A stretch of DNA of 64,000 nt from Candidatus Omnitrophota bacterium (lineage in GTDB: Bacteria; Omnitrophota; Gorgyraeia; Gygaellales; Profunditerraquicolaceae), in NCBI GenBank assembly GCA_028712255.1, contig JAQTQJ010000002.1:22846-86845 (forward strand), read 5' to 3'. The notes under the pieces were generated by a model. That model was not told the origin of the DNA, made no database searches, and saw only the letters and a list, made by a program, of their open reading frames with translations. The first letter of the stretch is position 1; the number at the start of each line of letters is the position of its first letter. Position numbers and translations under genes: made by a program. Of the stretch, positions 34,857 through 43,910 are shown one piece after another.

Positions 34857-36025
34857 AAGATTGGAAAAAGTTTCTATATATATTAGCAGCATTTCTGGCT
34901 TGTTTTTATCTGCCGGTAGAAAATATGCGTTTTAATAACGCGGTCTTTGAAGCATTAGCGCTTGTTAAGTGGTATGCGCGGGAGCACGTGCTCTTGTGTT
35001 TGGTTCCGGCTTTCTTTATTGCAGGAGCGATATCGGTGTTTGTCAGCCAAGCGTCAGTGATGAAGTATTTCGGCGCTAAGGCAAATAAATTTCTTTCCTA
35101 TAGCGTTGCCTCGGTATCGGGAACGATTCTAGCGGTATGCTCATGTACTGTGTTACCTTTATTCTCCGGTATTTATAAAAGAGGAGCTGGACTTGGTCCT
35201 GCGGTTGTGTTTCTTTATTCAGGGCCTGCCATAAATGTTTTGGCGATTATCCTAACAGCGCGTATTCTTGGCTGGCAGCTAGGGTTAGCACGAGCCATAG
35301 GCGCGGTTATTTTTAGTATTGTTATCGGATTGCTCATGCATTTAATTTTTCTTAAGGAGGAGCGCGCTCGCCATGCGAGCGGAGATTTACAATTAGGTGA
35401 GGTTAAAGTGACTCGGCCACTATGGAAAGATATTATTTATTTCTTCTCTATGGTCGCCATACTTGTTTTCGCCAACTGGGGGAGGCCTTTAGAAGGAGAT
35501 ACAGGAATTTGGAGTTTAATCTATGCTTCCAAATGGTGGATTACAGGATTTTTCTTAATAGTTTTAGGATTTAGTATTTTTAGGTGGTTTAAAAAGGATG
35601 AATTAAAGGAATGGACCGGAGCGACATGGGGTTTTGCGCTTCAGATTCTGCCGCTTCTTTTAGGAGGGGTGCTTGTATCTGGATTTCTTTTGGGAAGGGT
35701 TGGACATGAGGGGGTTATTCCTTCGCGGTTTGTTGAAATGCTGGTGGGAGGGAATTCCTTACGGGCGAATTTCTTTTCATCGATTGTTGCGGCATTTATG
35801 TATTTTGCCACATTAACCGAAGTACCTATTTTGCAGGGTCTTATTGGCTCCGGGATGGGCAAGGGGCCTGCTTTAGCGCTTCTTTTGGCGGGACCCGCTT
35901 TGAGTTTGCCGAGTATGCTGGTCATTCGGGGTATTATAGGTACTAAGAAAACGGTGGTATATGTGGCGTTGGTTGTGGTGATGGCGACCATAAGTGGCAT
36001 GATCTTTGGGGCGATAGTTAAGTAG
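34853..36025 (+). CDS. DUF318/ArsP-family permease (two-CxC membrane permease)
   Basis: Polytopic membrane protein with the intramembrane VCSCTVLPLF motif (compare the ArsP TPFCSC motif). Confidence 0.7.
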   Translation: MKDWKKFLYILAAFLACFYLPVENMRFNNAVFEALALVKWYAREHVLLCLVPAFFIAGAISVFVSQASVMKYFGAKANKFLSYSVASVSGTILAVCSCTVLPLFSGIYKRGAGLGPAVVFLYSGPAINVLAIILTARILGWQLGLARAIGAVIFSIVIGLLMHLIFLKEERARHASGDLQLGEVKVTRPLWKDIIYFFSMVAILVFANWGRPLEGDTGIWSLIYASKWWITGFFLIVLGFSIFRWFKKDELKEWTGATWGFALQILPLLLGGVLVSGFLLGRVGHEGVIPSRFVEMLVGGNSLRANFFSSIVAAFMYFATLTEVPILQGLIGSGMGKGPALALLLAGPALSLPSMLVIRGIIGTKKTVVYVALVVVMATISGMIFGAIVK

Positions 36026-36034
36026 ATAGGGAAA

Positions 36035-36919
36035 ATGCATAGAGAAAATAACAAAGAAAGTCGGCTAATTATATCTGCAGGGCTTAATTTGGTAACAACT
36101 GCAGCGCAAATTATCGGTGGTGTCTTTTCAGGAAGTCTTTCGCTGATCTCTGACGCGCTGCATAATTTAAGCGATACTGTGGCTTTGGTGATTAGTTTCT
36201 TTGCGGTGCGCCTCGCTAAGCGTAAGAATACCGAAGCCCAGACTTTCGGCTATAAGCGTGCTGAGATTCTGGCTGCGCTCTTTAATGCCTGCGCGCTGGT
36301 AGTAGTCTCAATATTTCTATTTAAGGAGGCCATTGCCAGATTTTCTCATCCGCACCCGATCAACGGCGTGCTTATGTTGTCTGTGGCTTCAGTTGGATTA
36401 ATTGCCAACATTGTTTCCGTATTTCTTCTTAAAGCGCATGCACATGAGGATTTAAATATACGGGCAGCATATGTACATCTTTTCTCTGATTTTCTTTCTT
36501 CTATTGCGGTAATTATTGGCGCCTTGGCGATTCTAATATCAAAAGCCTATTGGATTGACCCGGCTTTGACTATTCTTATTGGTATCTATGTATTGAGGGA
36601 AGGATATAAGATTATCGAAGAAAGCACCCGCATTCTCATGCAACATGTCCCAAAAAGAATAAACTTAAGGGAAATTCAGGCGCGCATAGAAGGAATTGAA
36701 GGAGTAAAAGACATTCACCACGCTCACCTGTGGGCGGTAACCGAACGGGATATTCATTTTGAAGCGCATATCAATGTATCGCGGGATATGCCGGTCAGCG
36801 AGACGTGTCTTTTAGTAAGGCAAGTAGAAGAAGCGCTTAAAGAAAGTTTCGCTATTACTCATGTGACTTTGCAGGTTGAGTTTAATTCGTGTAAAGGAGT
36901 TAGCTTGATTAAGGTCTGA
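36035..36919 (+). CDS. Cation diffusion facilitator (CDF) family metal efflux transporter
   Basis: Six TM helices with the HxxxD motif in TM2/TM5 (SDALHNLSD; HLFSDF) and a C-terminal cytoplasmic domain (HHAHLWAV). Confidence 0.85.
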   Translation: MHRENNKESRLIISAGLNLVTTAAQIIGGVFSGSLSLISDALHNLSDTVALVISFFAVRLAKRKNTEAQTFGYKRAEILAALFNACALVVVSIFLFKEAIARFSHPHPINGVLMLSVASVGLIANIVSVFLLKAHAHEDLNIRAAYVHLFSDFLSSIAVIIGALAILISKAYWIDPALTILIGIYVLREGYKIIEESTRILMQHVPKRINLREIQARIEGIEGVKDIHHAHLWAVTERDIHFEAHINVSRDMPVSETCLLVRQVEEALKESFAITHVTLQVEFNSCKGVSLIKV

Positions 36920-37113
36920 TATGGAGAAAAGAAAACTTATTATTCTTAATGAAGGAGATTTATTTAAAGTCGAGCAGATTGTTATTGACCGGGATAAAGA
37001 CGGAGCGCTGGATTTTGTTAAAGAAGTGATCAAGAAAAAAATCGACAGAGAAAATGCCTCAAAAATGAAACGGGAAGGTATATAGAAGGTATATAAGGAG
37101 GGTGGGTAATAAA

Positions 37114-37347
37114 ATGAAAATAGAAATTTTAGGGGTAGGTTGCCCAAAGTGTAAGCAATTAACCGCAAATGCAGAAAGCGCACTTAAGGAGCTTGGTATT
37201 TGCGTGGATATTGCCAAGATTACCGATATCGGTAAGATCACCGAATATGGGGTGATGATGACGCCGGCATTAGCAATTGACGGCACGGTGGTTTCGGCGG
37301 GTAAGGTATTAAGTAAGGATGAGATTAAAAAGATTCTCTCAAAATAG
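37114..37347 (+). CDS. Small thioredoxin-fold protein (TM0996/MTH895 redox-active disulfide protein 2 family)
   Basis: MKIEILGVGCPKC has the N-terminal CxxC, in a ~78-aa Trx-like protein. ATG 37114 lies behind a taaggaggg RBS. Confidence 0.65.
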   Translation: MKIEILGVGCPKCKQLTANAESALKELGICVDIAKITDIGKITEYGVMMTPALAIDGTVVSAGKVLSKDEIKKILSK

Positions 37348-37359
37348 GAAAGGATAAAA

Positions 37360-37770
37360 ATGTCAGCTAAAAATTGTATGTGTCAGGAAACAGGATTGTT
37401 GGTTTTTCCTTGTTCAGGCAGCTCGGATGTAGGAGAATTGTCTGATCGGGTTGGCAGAGCGATTGCCAAGTGCGGCCAGGCAAAGATGTTTTGTCTTGCC
37501 GGTATTGGGGCACATATTTCCGGGATGATTGAATCTGCCAAGGCAGCCAAGAAAATTATCTCTATTGATGGCTGCCCGGTTTCATGCGCCAAGAAGACGC
37601 TTGAGCATGCCGGCTTTAAAATCGAAGCATATAATCTCAAAGATTTGGGGTTTGAGAAAGGTAAGACCAAAGTCGATGAAAATTCTATTAAAAGTGCGAC
37701 ATCAAAAATAACAGGAGGAAAAATTGAAGAAACTATTACTCGTTCTTCTGGCGGTTGTTGTACTAAGTAG
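37360..37770 (+). CDS. DGC-domain putative zinc-binding protein
   Basis: IDGCPVSCA motif and additional conserved Cys (FPCSGSS; CCTK C-terminus). Confidence 0.65.
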   Translation: MSAKNCMCQETGLLVFPCSGSSDVGELSDRVGRAIAKCGQAKMFCLAGIGAHISGMIESAKAAKKIISIDGCPVSCAKKTLEHAGFKIEAYNLKDLGFEKGKTKVDENSIKSATSKITGGKIEETITRSSGGCCTK

Positions 37771-38161
37771 CGTTGGCATAATTTTTTCACCTCTAGCTCA
37801 AGCAGTAGAGAATGTGAATGGTGCGCATGTGGTTGTTTATTATTTCCATGGACAGATGCGGTGTCCGACCTGCCACAAGTTGGAGCAGTATTCAAAGGAA
37901 GTAATAGAAACTAACTTTAAGGATGCGCTTGCGTCCGGAAAACTGGAGTTTAAGGTTGTTAATGTGGAGGATAAAGGCAATGAGCATTATGGGAAGGACT
38001 ATCAGCTTTACACTAAATCTCTTATTCTGTCCTTAGTCAAAGATGGGAAGGAAGTAAAGTGGACTAATATGGATAAGATTTGGGAGTATGTTAGTAATAA
38101 GCCGAGATTTATTGATTATGTAAAGAGCGGGGTTACCGATTTATTAAGGGAAGCTAAATGA
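37724..38161 (+). CDS. Secreted thioredoxin-like protein
   Basis: Signal peptide (LLLVLLAVVVLSSVG), then a CPTC redox motif in a Trx-like context (VVYYFHGQMRCPTCHK). Confidence 0.5.
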   Translation: MKKLLLVLLAVVVLSSVGIIFSPLAQAVENVNGAHVVVYYFHGQMRCPTCHKLEQYSKEVIETNFKDALASGKLEFKVVNVEDKGNEHYGKDYQLYTKSLILSLVKDGKEVKWTNMDKIWEYVSNKPRFIDYVKSGVTDLLREAK

Positions 38162-38847
38162 CAGAGATGTTTATAAGCCTTGCGTCAGCTTTGTGGTTGG
38201 GAATTTTAACTTCCATTAGTCCGTGCCCTTTAGCCAGTAACGTGGCTGCCATTTCGTTTCTCTCTAAGAAAATAGCGCATCCGGCGCTGGTGTTTATTTC
38301 AGGTTTGGCGTATACGCTTGGGCGGATGGTTTCTTATGCTGTCCTGGGATGGATTATTATTAATTCACTATTAAGTGTTCCTCAAGTTGCCCAGTTCTTG
38401 CAGAAGTATATGGGTAAAGCTTTAGGGCCGCTGTTAATCTTTACCGGCCTCGTGCTGCTTGAGATAATACCACTTCGTCTTCCCGGGCTGTTGCTATCGC
38501 AAAAGCATCATAATAAGCTTGTAGAATCCGGCGCTCCGGGTGCCTTTTTGCTTGGTTTTATTTTTGCTCTGGCATTTTGCCCTATTTCTGCTGCGTTATA
38601 CTTCGGGAGTTTTATTCCTTTAGCGATTAACAGTGAAAGCGGTATCGCACTGCCATTCATTTACGGAATTGGAACAGGTTTGCCGGTTTTTGCATTTGCT
38701 GTTGCCATTGCCTTAGGCGTGACATCATTGAGTCATTGGTTTAATAAAATCACAAGGCTCGAATACTATACCCGAAAGATTACCGGGATCATATTTATCC
38801 TTGTTGGCCTGTACTATGCAGGAATATATATTCTGAGGTTATTTTAA
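38158..38847 (+). CDS. ccdA: CcdA/DsbD-family transmembrane thiol:disulfide electron transporter
   Basis: Six TM helices with the SPCP motif in TM1 (ISPCPLAS) and a second Cys in TM4 (FCPIS). Confidence 0.75.
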   Translation: MTEMFISLASALWLGILTSISPCPLASNVAAISFLSKKIAHPALVFISGLAYTLGRMVSYAVLGWIIINSLLSVPQVAQFLQKYMGKALGPLLIFTGLVLLEIIPLRLPGLLLSQKHHNKLVESGAPGAFLLGFIFALAFCPISAALYFGSFIPLAINSESGIALPFIYGIGTGLPVFAFAVAIALGVTSLSHWFNKITRLEYYTRKITGIIFILVGLYYAGIYILRLF

Positions 38848-38850
38848 GGT

Positions 38851-39663
38851 GTGCGATTGGAAATAAACAAGAGCAAACAGTATGAAATTATTGTTTTTCC
38901 GAATCAAGATGAGGGTTTAAAAGCCCAGGGAATCTTGATTTCTAAAGGGTTAGATTTTAAGCATATTTCTACTTTGGCAGTAGTTGTTACTGAAGAACAC
39001 AAAGAGACGGCGTGTTTGACTATTATTGATGGGGATGTGCTGATTAGCGGGTGCTATCCGTTTTTATATCGTGATTATGAAGAAGATTATTTTAAAAAAG
39101 CGCAAGAATATAAGGCGCTGGAATCAGACGATGAATTTCTAAAGAGTATCACGTTGTGCTATGTGGCTCCCTGCATGGCCGATGAAAAGAAAATCCGGCT
39201 CATCGGATACCTTGACCGGGATATTACGGAAATCTTGCCGTATATTAATGCTGTTATTAAGGGCGCTTCATATAACAAGAACGCTTCCACATTGACCTAC
39301 GCCAAAGAACGTCAAATGATTAATCTTTATAATATTAAGATTACCGTTGCCAAGGCAGGCGATATTATTGATGCCTGGGTCGTTTTAGATGAAGTTAAGA
39401 AGTTGATTAACGACACGTATCGTAGACGCGATAGCATCAAGCCTAATTACGAAGAAAAAGTTAAAGTAACGGCGCTTCAAATCTATGGTTGGCTTCCTAA
39501 AACTAATTGTAAGGCATGCAGGGAAGCGACATGCCTTGCTTTTGCGTGCAGGCTTTTATTGGGAGAACAGAAACTTTCAAACTGTACACCACTGTCAACG
39601 GAACCAAAATTTTCCGAGAATAATAAAATTATGCAGGAGATGGCAGAAGCATTAGGTGTTTAA
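38851..39663 (+). CDS. Hypothetical protein with a C-terminal Cys cluster ([14 protein letters not shown])
   Basis: GTG start. No family recognised. The Cx2Cx4Cx4C tail and position between ccdA and acr3 suggest a metal(loid)-binding role. Confidence 0.4.
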   Translation: MRLEINKSKQYEIIVFPNQDEGLKAQGILISKGLDFKHISTLAVVVTEEHKETACLTIIDGDVLISGCYPFLYRDYEEDYFKKAQEYKALESDDEFLKSITLCYVAPCMADEKKIRLIGYLDRDITEILPYINAVIKGASYNKNASTLTYAKERQMINLYNIKITVAKAGDIIDAWVVLDEVKKLINDTYRRRDSIKPNYEEKVKVTALQIYGWLPKTNCKACREATCLAFACRLLLGEQKLSNCTPLSTEPKFSENNKIMQEMAEALGV

Positions 39664-40864
39664 AGATAGTGAAAGAAAGGATAAAAACATGGAGAGAGCT
39701 GTTCATGAAGAAAGGCATCTAGGAGTATTTGAGAAATATCTCACGCTTTGGGTTTTTGTATGTATTGGATTAGGTGTATTGACCGGTAAAGTTGCTCCGC
39801 AGGCGGCCAAGTTGCTTGATGGTATGGCGATTTATGTAAATGGAGCCCCGGTAGTTTCAATTCCGATCGCGATCTGTTTATTTTTCATGATGTATCCCAT
39901 AATGGTCAAGATTGATTTTGCCGAAGTCATCAAAGCCGGGAAATCCCCAAAACCGGTATGGCTTACACTTTTCGTGAATTGGGCAATCAAGCCTTTTACG
40001 ATGTATGCCATAGCTTATATTTTTCTGGGAATTTTGTTTAAAGGGTTTATTGGTGTAGAGGCGATGGATTTTGTTAAGCTTCCTCCCGGGGCTGACTGGT
40101 TGTTGGGTTCCATCCATGGTTCAGGAACAGTGGTCATGCATGAAGGTTTAAAGGTTCTTCAGGTGCCGCTGTGGCGTAGTTATTTCGCGGGTTGTATTCT
40201 GCTGGGGATTGCTCCCTGTACCGCCATGGTTTTAGTTTGGGGTTTTTTGGCTAAAGGCAATGATGGTCATACCTTGGTGATGGTGGCGATTAATTCACTA
40301 ACTATGCTTTTGCTTTACGGAGTTTTAGGCGGGTTTCTTTTGGGTGTTGGAAGGATGCCGGTTCCCTGGCAGGCGTTATTATTATCGATCGTTATTTATG
40401 TGGCATTGCCTCTTATCACAGGATACTTTTCGCGGAAGTTGATTGTAGCGCTAAAAGGTATAGAATGGTTTAATAAGAAATTTTTACATGTATTGAGCCC
40501 GGTTTCAATTATTGCGCTCTTGTTTACGCTTGTGCTTTTGTTTTCCTTTAAAGGGGAGATTATCCTTGGGCAGCCGTTAACTATCCTTTGGATAGCGGTT
40601 CCGCTTTTTATCCAGACTTGTTTAATATTTATAGTCACCTATTGGCTGGCTAAAAAGTTAAAATTAAAATATGAGGATGCGGCTCCTTCAGCGATGGTGG
40701 GGGCAAGTAATCATTTTGAGGTGGCGATTGCTACCGCAACCATGCTATTTGGTATTTCTTCAGGGGTAGCGCTGGCGACCGTGGTCGGGGTATTGATTGA
40801 AGTGCCGGTAATGCTGATGTTAGTCAAGTTTTGCTTGCGGACACGCAGTTGGTTTACGCGTTAG
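39656..40864 (+). CDS. acr3: ACR3-family arsenite efflux transporter
   Basis: …[12 protein letters not shown]… and 10-TM BART-superfamily topology typical of Acr3/ArsB(ACR3). Confidence 0.8.
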   Translation: MFKDSERKDKNMERAVHEERHLGVFEKYLTLWVFVCIGLGVLTGKVAPQAAKLLDGMAIYVNGAPVVSIPIAICLFFMMYPIMVKIDFAEVIKAGKSPKPVWLTLFVNWAIKPFTMYAIAYIFLGILFKGFIGVEAMDFVKLPPGADWLLGSIHGSGTVVMHEGLKVLQVPLWRSYFAGCILLGIAPCTAMVLVWGFLAKGNDGHTLVMVAINSLTMLLLYGVLGGFLLGVGRMPVPWQALLLSIVIYVALPLITGYFSRKLIVALKGIEWFNKKFLHVLSPVSIIALLFTLVLLFSFKGEIILGQPLTILWIAVPLFIQTCLIFIVTYWLAKKLKLKYEDAAPSAMVGASNHFEVAIATATMLFGISSGVALATVVGVLIEVPVMLMLVKFCLRTRSWFTR

Positions 40865-40898
40865 CGATATTCACAACCTTGCTTTAACAGGAGAAAAC

Positions 40899-41321
40899 AT
40901 GATGGACAAAAAACGGGTTTTATTTATTTGTGTGCATAATTCGGCAAGGTCTCAAATGGCCGAGTCCTTTTTAAAAGAGATGGCGGGGTATAAGTTTGAG
41001 GTTGAAAGTGCTGGCCTTGAGCCGGGCAAGCTAAATCCCGTAGTTGTCGAGGTCATGAGAGAGGTAGGTATAGACATTTCGCAGAATAAGACCAAGAGCG
41101 TTTTTGATTTCTATAAACAGGGCAAACAATATGATTACGTCATTACTGTCTGCGACGAATCGCAGTCAGGCGCATGTCCTGTGTTTCCTGGTAAGGGCGA
41201 GCGGCTTCATTGGGGATTTGATGATCCTTCTGGGTTTCAGGGAACATGGGAGGAGAAGCTAGAGAAAATAAGGCAAGTGCGAGATAAGATAAAACAAAAA
41301 ATTATCGAATGGCTTAAATGA
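40899..41321 (+). CDS. arsC: Arsenate reductase (LMW-PTPase family, thioredoxin-coupled)
   Basis: VLFICVHNSARSQMAE P-loop (CX5R) with downstream Cys pair (CDES…C). Confidence 0.85.
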   Translation: MMDKKRVLFICVHNSARSQMAESFLKEMAGYKFEVESAGLEPGKLNPVVVEVMREVGIDISQNKTKSVFDFYKQGKQYDYVITVCDESQSGACPVFPGKGERLHWGFDDPSGFQGTWEEKLEKIRQVRDKIKQKIIEWLK

Positions 41322-41328
41322 ATGATCC

Positions 41329-41781
41329 ATGTGGGAGTCATACAGAGACATCATCCGGAGCTATCCTAGAATTCCCCTCTTTGAAGAAAGGCGTTTGATT
41401 CTCAAAGCTCAAAAAGGTTCAAAGAAGAGTAAAGATGAGCTTGTCCTTAGCCACGTTAGTTTTTTAATCTTTAGAATCCATAAAATCGCATTTCCTTCGT
41501 TGGTTCGGTCCTTTGGAGAGGATCTACTAGCAGAAGCTATCCTTATCGTTTATAAGAAGATCGAAAGCTATGACCTTAATTACTGTGATAAGCATGGCAA
41601 TCCTAATCCAGTTAAATTTACTTCTTACATTTGGAAGCGAATCGATGGGTTCATAATCGATGCTTTAAAGAAAGAGCTCAGCGAGTCAAATTATTACGAT
41701 AGATACAGCGGATACGTCCTTAAAAATGGGGATTTATCGTTTATGTCCGGGTCAATAGAGTCGGACAATTTTATCTCTTGA
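41329..41781 (+). CDS. Sigma-70 region-2-only protein (sigma-factor-like; region 4 absent), paralog 1
   Basis: EERRLILKAQKGSKKSKDELVLSHVSFLIFRIHKIA…GEDLLAEAILIVYKKIESYD…FTSYIWKRIDGFI follows the sigma-70 region 1.2/2.1-2.4 pattern. The ~150-aa length leaves no room for regions 3 and 4. Confidence 0.55.
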   Translation: MWESYRDIIRSYPRIPLFEERRLILKAQKGSKKSKDELVLSHVSFLIFRIHKIAFPSLVRSFGEDLLAEAILIVYKKIESYDLNYCDKHGNPNPVKFTSYIWKRIDGFIIDALKKELSESNYYDRYSGYVLKNGDLSFMSGSIESDNFIS

Positions 41782-41994
41782 TTTATCAGAGAGTTACGAA
41801 ATTCCGAGCCAAAAAAGACCGGACAAAACGGACATATTGGCGAGGAAATGCCTTCTCTAAACCTAGAATATTCTTGATATATTGAGGTATCGCGCCTATA
41901 ATTAGTCTAATAAATTAAGAGAGGTTTCCCCTCAGGTAATACGAGAGTGACGCCATTTCTAAATGGAAGTAGCATATTAGGAGAAAAGGGAAGA

Positions 41995-42576
41995 ATGATG
42001 GAGAATAAAAGGTTAGTTGGTAAAAATATCTTAGTTACCTTAATAAGCAAAATTTTAATTGTGATTTTGATTTTCAGTATTGTTCTAATTGGAGAATTGT
42101 GGATTTGTAACAAACCAATCTTTGCCGAGAATCAGGGAGTAACAATAACTACCGACAAAACAGAATATAGTCAGGGAGATACAGTGACAATAATAGGGAG
42201 AAATGGCCTAGATAAATCAATATGGGGTTTTAATTCTTGCGGTGGTAGGCCGTTTTGGGGTCTTCAGAAATTAACCGATGGAACATGGAAAAATCTGGAT
42301 TTATGTCTCCCATTAAAGAATAAAAAAGACTGGGAATGTATCATGGTGCTTTGCGAGAGGTCAGAACCCCGAGAGCTAAAATCAAAATTAGAGATTAAGG
42401 ATGAGTGGCACATTACATTTTTTTGCGACTTTATTAACGAAAAAGGCATTTTATTGGATAAACCTAAAGAAAGAATAATTAAAAAAGGCATTTATAGATT
42501 GGTATTATCTTACGTATTTGATGAAGATAGTATTGATAGGGAAATTATCTATTCTAACGAATTTAAGATTAAATAA
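41995..42576 (+). CDS. Hypothetical membrane-anchored/secreted protein
   Basis: N-terminal hydrophobic anchor, then a Cys-containing beta-rich domain. Flanked by short gagaggtttccc(c/t)tc direct repeats at 41918 and 42721. Confidence 0.4.
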   Translation: MMENKRLVGKNILVTLISKILIVILIFSIVLIGELWICNKPIFAENQGVTITTDKTEYSQGDTVTIIGRNGLDKSIWGFNSCGGRPFWGLQKLTDGTWKNLDLCLPLKNKKDWECIMVLCERSEPRELKSKLEIKDEWHITFFCDFINEKGILLDKPKERIIKKGIYRLVLSYVFDEDSIDREIIYSNEFKIK

Positions 42577-42838
42577 AAATTATCCTTGATGGTTATCGGG
42601 AAAATAGGGATAGCGGCCATTTCATATCTCATCACCCCAGTAATCAGCGAGGAATTACCTTTCTAAAGTCGCAGTATTGGGCATATATCAAGGTAATTTC
42701 TATATATAAGTGTTATTTGGAAGCAGAGAGGTTTCCCTTCGGCTCACAGGAGAGGGACCCCCCCATATCTTCGTTTACCGTTTCGGCGAGGGTTTCTCTG
42801 CCAGAATTATTTGTTATTTAGGTTGTCAATAAAAATAG

Positions 42839-42886
42839 TTGACATCGTTCTCAAATATGATACAATTGTTCTCAAAAGGAGAACAA
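42839..42886 (+). promoter_or_regulatory. Promoter (TTGACA, 16 nt, TACAAT) plus a perfect 8-bp inverted-repeat operator overlapping the RBS
   Basis: TTGTTCTC aaaag GAGAACAA sits immediately before the ATG at 42888. A gttctcaaa half-site is repeated upstream. Confidence 0.4.
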
Positions 42887-42887
42887 T

Positions 42888-43460
42888 ATGCTGCAAAGCT
42901 TAATAGCTTCAAAAACTCGTCAAACTCTTCTTAAGGCATTCTTTGAGGCGCCTGAGATAGAGTATTATACCCGCCAATTAGCTAGTAAATACCATATGTC
43001 TGTTGGGACGCTTCATAGGGAACTGCAAAAACTGAGTACCTCTGGGATACTTAAATCACGTAAAATCGGTAACATAAAGCTGTTTTCCTTAAATAAACAA
43101 AATTCTATTTATGAAGAAATTAAAAACATTATTTCTAAAACGCAAGGGGTAATAAGGTTTATAAAAGATGCCTTATTTGGCATAAAAAGCATTAAAGTTG
43201 CTTTTATATACGGTTCTCTTGCTAAAGGAGATGAGCGGCAAGACAGCGATGTAGATATATTTTTGATAGGGGATAGTATAGATGATAATGAATTGGTGAT
43301 AAAAATTAGCAGTCTGGAAAAGAAATTATTTAAAGAAGTTAATTATACATGTTATACAGAAAATGAATACAAAAAGGAAAAAAAGAAAAAGAATTCGTTT
43401 GTTTTAGAAGTAATAAAGGGCAAAAAGATATTTATCAAAGGAGATGAAGGTGACCTCTGA
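42888..43460 (+). CDS. Winged-HTH plus minimal nucleotidyltransferase (MNT-type antitoxin-like) protein
   Basis: N-terminal HTH (…LASKYHMSVGTLHRELQKL…), then the nucleotidyltransferase motif GSLAKGDERQDSDVDIF. Confidence 0.7.
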   Translation: MLQSLIASKTRQTLLKAFFEAPEIEYYTRQLASKYHMSVGTLHRELQKLSTSGILKSRKIGNIKLFSLNKQNSIYEEIKNIISKTQGVIRFIKDALFGIKSIKVAFIYGSLAKGDERQDSDVDIFLIGDSIDDNELVIKISSLEKKLFKEVNYTCYTENEYKKEKKKKNSFVLEVIKGKKIFIKGDEGDL

Positions 43461-43541
43461 TAGCTTTTTGAATGAGTATATAGAAAAAAATTTATAAAAC
43501 CGGAAAAGATAGGCCTTGATCAGATTGAAAAATTCGATTAT

Positions 43542-43697
43542 ATGAGGAAAAATCGTAATAATTTTATCTATGAACCTTGGAAAATCAATATTTCCATGAC
43601 TGACGCAAAAAGTGCTTTAAAATTAGCTCAGGAATTTGTCAAGATTATTAAAGACGAAATTCAGCGAGAACATCCGCAGATTAATTTTAAATTTTAA
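43542..43697 (+). pseudogene. Possible decayed HEPN-domain partner of the upstream nucleotidyltransferase
   Basis: Short ORF (MRKNRNNFIYEP…ALKLAQEFVKIIKDEI) resembling the C-terminal half of HEPN domains. The upstream part of that frame is closed by a stop at 43473. Confidence 0.3.
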
Positions 43698-43910
43698 GTT
43701 TTGTTTTTTGCCACTTAAAAATTGCGGCGGTTTTTTGAAAAGATAACGCTAGGCGAGGCGCGGGGCATTATAGATGTTTCATTAAGCACCTTGGCCTATT
43801 GGATATAGCCAAGTGTCCTGCATTCTGCAGGAAGATCAGCTTTACTCCCCGGGGGGTACAAATAGTTCTCTTTGGGTTTTATGGAAAATTTTCTTAAAAG
43901 GAGAGAGGCC

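Noticed and set aside
35641-36054. 137-codon minus-strand ORF
   Set aside because: Antisense to the DUF318 permease and the CDF start. Pro/Thr-rich low-complexity translation.
36922-37086. 54-codon plus-strand ORF (MEKRKLIILNEGDLFKVEQIVIDRDKDGALDF…) between the CDF and the mini-thioredoxin
   Set aside because: Plausibly a real small protein since it fills the gap exactly. It is below the length at which I can support it from sequence alone, and no motif was recognised. Noted, not called.
37383-37895. 170-codon minus-strand ORF
   Set aside because: Antisense to the DGC gene and the secreted thioredoxin. The plus-strand genes have clear motifs and RBSs.
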